Assembly: GCA_027366525.1 (NCBI GenBank)
Contig: DAHXKG010000013.1
Span: 294 to 45,666 of the forward strand
DNA from: a candidate division FCPU426 bacterium
GTDB lineage: Bacteria; Oederibacteriota; Muellerivitia; Muellerivitales; DAHXKG01
Reading direction: 5' to 3'
Length of the DNA: 45,373 nt
The notes beneath the pieces are model-generated. The model saw nothing but the letters and a program-made list of their open reading frames with translations, had not been told where the DNA came from and ran no database searches. Within the stretch, counting starts at the first letter, position 1. The number at the start of each line of letters is the position of its first letter. A program made the translations under genes and the position numbers. Below, in pieces: positions 39,778 to 45,373 of this stretch.

Positions 39778-40791
39778 ATGGACAATCCATCCAGTTTTCA
39801 TTCTATTACTGCAGTCATCGTAACTTATGGTAATCGTAAGTGCTTTTTAGAACCTGTATTGAAATCTGTTCTTACTCAACAGGTTCATTCAATTCTCATT
39901 ATCAATAATGGCGGCCGTTGGGATATTGAAGCTTTGGCTGCCTCGCTTAGCCCTATCATTCAAGTCATTCATCTTCCAACAAATACAGGGTCTGCGGGAG
40001 GATTTTCCGCTGGAATCCAAAAAGCACTCGAACTTCAATCTCAATTGATTTGGTTACTCGATGATGATACTTGTCCTTCCACCCAAACGCTCGATCAACT
40101 GTTTAAGGCTTATCTTGATCTTAGCTCAAAACACCAACCAGAAAATCTGGCTGTCGTATGCTTTCGGCCTACACGTTTCTCCCCTTGGGTTTATTCACAC
40201 CCAAATCGGCTTTTTAGAAATCCATTCAGTTTCATGGGATTTGATATAACTCAAATTCCATCAAGATTATGGACTCGAATAACACGAATTTTTTCACACG
40301 ACCCATTAATTCTACCGGATAAAATTCCTTTGGAAACTGCACCCTATAGTGGGCTTTTGTTTCATTCAACTTTGATTAAGCATATTGGACTGCCGTGTCA
40401 AGATTTTGTTGTCTATGTAGATGATAGCGAATTTACATATAGAATAACGCAAACTGGTGGTGTTCTTTATCTAATCACCCATTCCGTTCTAAAAGATATT
40501 GGACCTATTTGGCATCACGGAATTTCAACCCATCAATTTTTTGTGGCCCTGCAAGGGCAAGATGATTTTCGAGCTTATTATAATATGCGCAATGAAGTTT
40601 ATTTCGACCTTCATATCCGAAAACACGCCCCTCAATGGCTATACCACATAAATCAAATTTTGTTTTTTGGGATTCTTTTTATGTTTTCAATTCTTTATGG
40701 AAAACAAAAACGATATCGTATTCTCGTCCGTGCTATACAAGATGGACAAACCCAACGTCTTGGAATTCACCCCAATTATCCGTTATCTTAA
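39778..40791 (+). CDS. Glycosyltransferase family 2 (rhamnosyl/galactofuranosyl-transferase-like GT-A)
   Basis: ITAVIVTYGNRKCFLEPVLKSVLTQ (GT2 N-terminal beta-strand plus N), DXD-type LLDDDTCP, second acidic motif VYVDDSEF. Confidence 0.75.
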   Translation: MDNPSSFHSITAVIVTYGNRKCFLEPVLKSVLTQQVHSILIINNGGRWDIEALAASLSPIIQVIHLPTNTGSAGGFSAGIQKALELQSQLIWLLDDDTCPSTQTLDQLFKAYLDLSSKHQPENLAVVCFRPTRFSPWVYSHPNRLFRNPFSFMGFDITQIPSRLWTRITRIFSHDPLILPDKIPLETAPYSGLLFHSTLIKHIGLPCQDFVVYVDDSEFTYRITQTGGVLYLITHSVLKDIGPIWHHGISTHQFFVALQGQDDFRAYYNMRNEVYFDLHIRKHAPQWLYHINQILFFGILFMFSILYGKQKRYRILVRAIQDGQTQRLGIHPNYPLS

Positions 40792-41104
40792 TTTGATTTA
40801 ATTTGGATTTAAATGCTTAGAACAGGTTTGCTTTATCAAATAAAAATCCAAAGCATTTGTTCCATTTTCAAAATATTTTATGATTTTTATTAAATCAAAA
40901 TTAATCATGCCTCACAAATAAAAAATACCATTTTTTATTTTACCATAGCTACTCAGCAAAATCTTAAATTGTCCAAAAAACATTTTAACTCCACGCCAAA
41001 ATTATTCATGAATTGACAAATTTTATTCCTTAATATTATTTGAAATATCACAATTTATACATATAATGCATCTGTTTTGGATCCCGAGGGAAAGGAATAC
41101 CTTC

Positions 41105-41764
41105 ATGGAAAATTATTATAGCACCTATCGAGAAGAAATTATTCCCTTCATCCCTGTAGACTGCAAAACACTTTTGGATGTGGGTTGCTCGGAGGGAAAC
41201 TTTGCGCAATCTATTAAAAAACACAATCAAGCTGAAGTTTGGGGAATTGAAAAAAATCAATCTTGTGCTCACCAAGCCGAACAAAAAATTGATTGCGTTT
41301 TATGCGGAGATATCCAGTCGCTCATTCCCAAAATTCCCGATCAGCACTTTGACTGCATTACTTTCAATGATGTTCTGGAACATTTAATTTCACCCGATTA
41401 TGTTCTCCAGCAAATGAAAAAAAAATTGACCACGCGCGGTATAATCGTTTGTTCTATTCCCAATATATTAAATATTAGCATCTTAAAAAATTTAATCTTT
41501 CATCGGGATTGGGAATATGCTTCAAATGGGATTTTGGATAAAACCCATTTAAGATTTTTTACTCAAAAAAGTATGCGTCGCATGTTTCAGGATTTAGGCT
41601 TTGACGCCCAAATTACTGGGATCAATCCGACCCGATCTTTGAAATTTAAGTTATTCAACTGCTTAACATTATTCCGATTTCAGGAAACAGCTTTTATACA
41701 ATTTGTCAGCCTGCTTCGTATAAAGACATGGGAAGGCAAACTCACTTTTCCGTTAGATTTATGA
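41105..41764 (+). CDS. Class I SAM-dependent methyltransferase
   Basis: Motif I LLDVGCSEGNFAQ, plus FNDVLEHL and IVCSIPN typical of the Methyltransf_11/23 fold. The start is taken at ATG 41105 (MENYYSTYREE, AAGGAA ~7 nt upstream) rather than the track's 41066. Confidence 0.7.
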   Translation: MENYYSTYREEIIPFIPVDCKTLLDVGCSEGNFAQSIKKHNQAEVWGIEKNQSCAHQAEQKIDCVLCGDIQSLIPKIPDQHFDCITFNDVLEHLISPDYVLQQMKKKLTTRGIIVCSIPNILNISILKNLIFHRDWEYASNGILDKTHLRFFTQKSMRRMFQDLGFDAQITGINPTRSLKFKLFNCLTLFRFQETAFIQFVSLLRIKTWEGKLTFPLDL

Positions 41765-42396
41765 TAATTTTTATTTTCAATTAAACCTTTTGAAAAATTA
41801 AATCGGTTATCTACATGAATTCCTTGTATTTCAAGTTTCACTTATTTTTGTCGCTATCCCACAATATTTATTCTCTCGTTTTTATTTTAAAGAAATTAGA
41901 GACAAGGACGTTATTATCTCTCTTGTTTTCCTAAATTGAATCGAAATTTACAGGTTTTTTCAACTTCAATAATGTCCTCAAACACCCTTGATTTATCAAA
42001 TACCATTAACAATTGCCCAACGTCACTATCTTTAATTAAATTTGTATGGACGAATTTTTTCAATGATTTACCCCATTGATTTACATGATCTGCTTCATAT
42101 CATTTTATTTATTTTTTAATAACCATATTCCTATGATTAATTCAGTAATTTCACACATTCAATTAGTTAATTAAAATTTAGTTAAATATATTGTATCTTA
42201 TTTGGAACTAACAGAAATATGCTCTTGAAGCTTGATGTTGATCCACATCTTAATTACAGGTTTCTTTTCTACTCCCAATATTCAGATGGAATCTCAACAA
42301 TCACTTGTATGACTTTCTCTGACTCCAACCATTGAGTGGCTTTTCCCATTTGCACGAATGAAAATTTCGAAAGTGACTGATATTATTCTTTTTAAA

Positions 42397-43296
42397 TTAT
42401 TTTTTCATAAAATTCGACGTTGCTTGATTTAAGGATGAAGAATGCTTTTGAAGACGTTTGAACTCTTCTTGAATCCAGCCCTCATACTGACTTATCATTA
42501 ACGTGTATTTGATTCCAGGCCATCCATCTAAAAAAGTTAAGCGGATCAAAAACATATAAAAAAGGCGAGCGGTTCGTCGAATAGGCACCCGATACGATAA
42601 ACTTTTCAAAAATCGTCGTCGTTGAAAAGGATCTGGATTTAATAAATTCTTCCAATCAATCCTTTGCTTTGAAATTTTAAAACCCTCTTGCGCCTCTAGC
42701 TGAGCATAGTTTCGATGTTTCTCAATCCAAGAACCTAGCCCTTTATTAAAAGGGAAATGGAGAATATGGCCTTTCAGATTTCCAACTGCACCGTCAACCA
42801 TGGGATGTTCATGAACTAACCGCGATTCATATCGTGCTTGAGCATGTTTAAAAAAACGCAAAAAATATGTCGGATATAAAGTTGCCCGAGGAATCCATCT
42901 ATCCAGAAAATAATCTTTTCGGCGTATTCTAAATCCAGAAAATGGACAAGTTACCTCGGTAGAAATAGCTTGCATTTCTTCAGCTAATGTTTCATCTACA
43001 CACTCATCGGCATCTAAAATTAAAAGCCAGGTGTGTTTAAAATGATATTGCTGCAAGGCGGCTTGACGTTGAGAGCCATAATTATCAAATTTTCGAGTTA
43101 AAACATTGGCACCTTTAGATTGAGCCAGCATAGCTGTTCGATCCGTGCTGCCTGAATCAAAAACCAATATATCATCACTCCAAGCCACTGAAGAAAGACA
43201 ACGTAGTATATTGATTTCCTCATTAAACGTTAGAATAAGAACTGAAATATTTAATGACACTTCATGTTCGTGGAGATCTTGTTTTTTTAAAATCAT
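42397..43296 (-). CDS. Glycosyltransferase family 2
   Basis: ISVLILTFNEEINILRCLSSV…FDSGSTDRT…LILDADE are GT2 (GT-A) hallmark motifs. Confidence 0.8.
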   Translation of the reverse strand: MILKKQDLHEHEVSLNISVLILTFNEEINILRCLSSVAWSDDILVFDSGSTDRTAMLAQSKGANVLTRKFDNYGSQRQAALQQYHFKHTWLLILDADECVDETLAEEMQAISTEVTCPFSGFRIRRKDYFLDRWIPRATLYPTYFLRFFKHAQARYESRLVHEHPMVDGAVGNLKGHILHFPFNKGLGSWIEKHRNYAQLEAQEGFKISKQRIDWKNLLNPDPFQRRRFLKSLSYRVPIRRTARLFYMFLIRLTFLDGWPGIKYTLMISQYEGWIQEEFKRLQKHSSSLNQATSNFMKK

Positions 43297-43623
43297 AGCT
43301 ATGTTATTCTATATTTTTAAATAAAAATCATCCAAGCATATTTTTTATATTTTTACTCCAAACTCACCTCAGATATTTTTGATGAATTTTTGAAACTTAT
43401 AGGTATTTTTGAATAGAAATAGTGGACGAGCGTCTAAGTAATTGATCCACCTTCAGCCCAACTATAAGCAGAATAAATTTGAACCACCAAAACCAGCAAA
43501 TCACTCTTGGTCATTATGAAATTCAAACTCGAATGATCTTTTAAATTACCCACTTAACTAATTCAGAAATGCAGGCAGGTATCCTCCAAAATATTTACAC
43601 AGCCGGAGATACAATTGATATGG

Positions 43624-44172
43624 TCAATTCATTGAAATTTTTTTTAGTTTTCTTTTCTTAATAATTCTAGCCGGATTGCCTATGACTACTCTCCAAGGTG
43701 GAATATTTTTAAATACAACCGCGGCCGCCCCTATAACAGCTCCTTCCCCAACAATAACACCTGGACCAATAAACGCGCTTGCCGCAATCCAAACATTGGA
43801 CTTAATTTGAATAGGTTTCGCAACTAATTTGAAATTGACATCGTAAATATCATGACTCGCCGAACAAAGAAATACCTCTTGACTTATTACTGCATTTTTG
43901 GCTATGAAAATTTTATCAACCGAATAACAATTAACATTATGACCCAAACAGCTGTTATCTTCCATTTCCAAATTCCAAGGAGCCCAAATTTTCACAGATG
44001 GATAAATGTGAACTTTTTTTCCGATTTTTGCGCCCCACAATCGCAAAACAGAATTTCTCCACTCATACAAAAAAAATGGAGTGAATTTAAAAACAAAAAC
44101 CCAAGTTATATTCCAAATTAAACGTTTTAGACGTCCTTTAAAAGAAATCTGATCTATGATTTTATCAGACAT
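43624..44172 (-). CDS. Hexapeptide-repeat (LbH) acetyltransferase, WcaF/colanic-acid-acetyltransferase-like
   Basis: The N-terminal hydrophobic patch and …SNVWIAASAFIGPGVIVGEGAVIGAAAVVFKNIPPWRVVIGNPARIIKKR give left-handed beta-helix hexapeptide repeats and a WcaF-type tail. Confidence 0.75.
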   Translation of the reverse strand: MSDKIIDQISFKGRLKRLIWNITWVFVFKFTPFFLYEWRNSVLRLWGAKIGKKVHIYPSVKIWAPWNLEMEDNSCLGHNVNCYSVDKIFIAKNAVISQEVFLCSASHDIYDVNFKLVAKPIQIKSNVWIAASAFIGPGVIVGEGAVIGAAAVVFKNIPPWRVVIGNPARIIKKRKLKKISMN

Positions 44173-44454
44173 TAGCGCCCTCTTATTTTTGAGAATCGAT
44201 TCCCGCCCGTGGGATTAATACTTCGAATTACACTACTACGTCAACATGAAAATTATATTTCTTCCATTAAACTCTTAACTCAGCACACTATCGTTTAAAA
44301 TGATATCGTCCTGTACGAATATTCGAAATAGTACTCCCAGACAACGTTTTCATTGGAGTTTTGATGCACTTTCTAAAACCCTTGAATCATATGCCCATGG
44401 TGATTATAGGCAAACAACTTTATTTTATAAAAATCGACTTTCAAAAGTGAGAGA

Positions 44455-45373
44455 TTATATATTTCCCAACTGAACTTGTTGGTCAATCCACGGTATGACT
44501 TCATCCAACATTTGATCTAAAGAAGTGGTCGCTTCAAATCCAAGTAGACGTTTGGCTTTGGAAATATCCGGCACTCTCTTTTGAACATCATATGGATAAG
44601 CAGGATCGATAACATATTGAAAAGAATCCTGAGGCCGGATTTTTTCCCAAATTAATTGAGCCAATTCTAGAACTGTCGTCGATTGATTCGTTGAAATATT
44701 AAAATCCTCGTTGAGTGCTTGTGGATTTTCAAGACATAAACCAATCGCCCTAGCTAAATCACCACCATATGTATAATGCCGAATTTGATGGCCTGATCCT
44801 AATAAATGCAAAGGATTTTGGCCTTTTAAAACCTTTTGAATTAAATCAGGAACCACATGACTCAACGCAAGTTTTATGTTGCCTGAAATAATAGTTTGAC
44901 CACCCCGCGCTTGTCGTTCACCGATTCCAACACAATTAAACGGTCGAATAATAGTAAAAGGAAGTTGATACTGTTCATAAGCTCCCTGAGCATAATATTC
45001 GGTCGCTAATTTTTGAAAGCCATAGGTGGATGAAGGCGGAGGACATTTTAATTGTTCACCTTCGGGTGTTGGAAAAATTGTAGTGTTTTCAAAAACCATG
45101 GACGAAGATACCACATTGACTTTCTTCAATTTTTTTGTTCGATGAGCCCAAATTGCCGCATCAAACGTTGAGGCTATAATACGTTCATTTTCTGCTAAAA
45201 GATCATAGGCGTATGTGTGAAAGTATGAAATACCTCCAATCATGGCTGCAATCGCAATGATCTGATCGCAATCCACGATTAGCTCTTTTAACAAACCCAC
45301 ATCTTTAACATCCCCTTGAATAAAAGTATACTTGGGGTTGGTGTCGTAATTTTTGGTCAATTCACCATATTTG
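44455..45373 (-). CDS. NAD-dependent sugar-nucleotide epimerase/dehydratase (extended SDR), 5'-partial (N-terminus beyond window end)
   Basis: The translated region has extended-SDR features (active-site YxxxK region AYEQYQLPF…, substrate-binding C-terminal half). The Rossmann GxxGxxG N-terminus is missing, and the reading frame is open to the window edge. Confidence 0.7.
   Translation of the reverse strand, partial: KYGELTKNYDTNPKYTFIQGDVKDVGLLKELIVDCDQIIAIAAMIGGISYFHTYAYDLLAENERIIASTFDAAIWAHRTKKLKKVNVVSSSMVFENTTIFPTPEGEQLKCPPPSSTYGFQKLATEYYAQGAYEQYQLPFTIIRPFNCVGIGERQARGGQTIISGNIKLALSHVVPDLIQKVLKGQNPLHLLGSGHQIRHYTYGGDLARAIGLCLENPQALNEDFNISTNQSTTVLELAQLIWEKIRPQDSFQYVIDPAYPYDVQKRVPDISKAKRLLGFEATTSLDQMLDEVIPWIDQQVQLGNI

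Noticed and set aside
1-45373. Alternative genetic code (UGA=Trp or Gly) for the whole contig, prompted by the TGAs inside the IS30 transposase
   Set aside because: Long ORFs (up to 1391 and 1006 codons) are intact under the standard code. Trp is consistently TGG in the ATPase, the glycoside-hydrolase-like protein and most of the transposase. Genes terminate with TAA, TAG and TGA at sensible lengths. The recoding hypothesis is kept only as a minor alternative for the IS element itself.

Overview
The window is AT-rich bacterial chromosome (roughly 33-38% GC by eye), read under the standard genetic code. Long intact ORFs end at TAA, TAG or TGA, and Trp is encoded by TGG.

The first ~17 kb holds housekeeping and accessory genes:
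- a C-terminal PHP-domain fragment and an FkbM-family methyltransferase;
- a P3A-type (plasma-membrane H+-ATPase-like) P-type ATPase;
- an SPFH/band-7 protein;
- a 3-dehydroquinate-synthase-family sugar-phosphate cyclase divergently paired with an OtsB-like HAD phosphatase;
- a thioredoxin-fold protein that has lost its CXXC active site;
- a 1006-aa glycoside-hydrolase-like protein.

At 13.7-17.1 kb a ~3.3 kb segment is bracketed by two ~76-bp direct repeats. It holds a GC-rich IS30-family transposase pseudogene interrupted by two in-frame TGA codons at expected Trp positions, plus three AT-rich cargo genes that look truncated or degenerate: a GT-A-like fragment, a DJ-1/PfpI protein and an alpha/beta-hydrolase fragment. 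A tRNA-Glu(CUC) gene lies ~575 bp downstream on the minus strand.

The remaining ~27 kb is a large cell-surface glycan locus:
- Wza-like exporter, Wzc-like tyrosine autokinase, and a WecA/MraY-family initiating transferase with a ~200-aa C-terminal extension;
- a GT9 heptosyltransferase-family enzyme and several other glycosyltransferases: three GT4, a CgeB-like GT and two GT2;
- a Wzy-like polymerase and two Wzx/MOP flippases;
- a SAM methyltransferase, a WcaF-like acetyltransferase and an NAD-dependent epimerase/dehydratase that runs off the 3' end.

The most striking feature sits inside this locus. A 1391-aa secreted protein (signal peptide, DUF11-like and FlgD-Ig-like repeats, a ~260-aa Thr/Pro/Asn mucin-like linker, and a C-terminal Por/T9SS-type sorting-domain-like tail) is the first gene of a minus-strand operon of GT4/Wzx/GT4/GT/Wzy genes. 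This suggests a dedicated system for glycosylating or anchoring that surface protein.

No CRISPR arrays or rRNA genes were seen. Coordinates I indexed by hand (tRNA, repeats, motifs) may be off by 1-2 nt.
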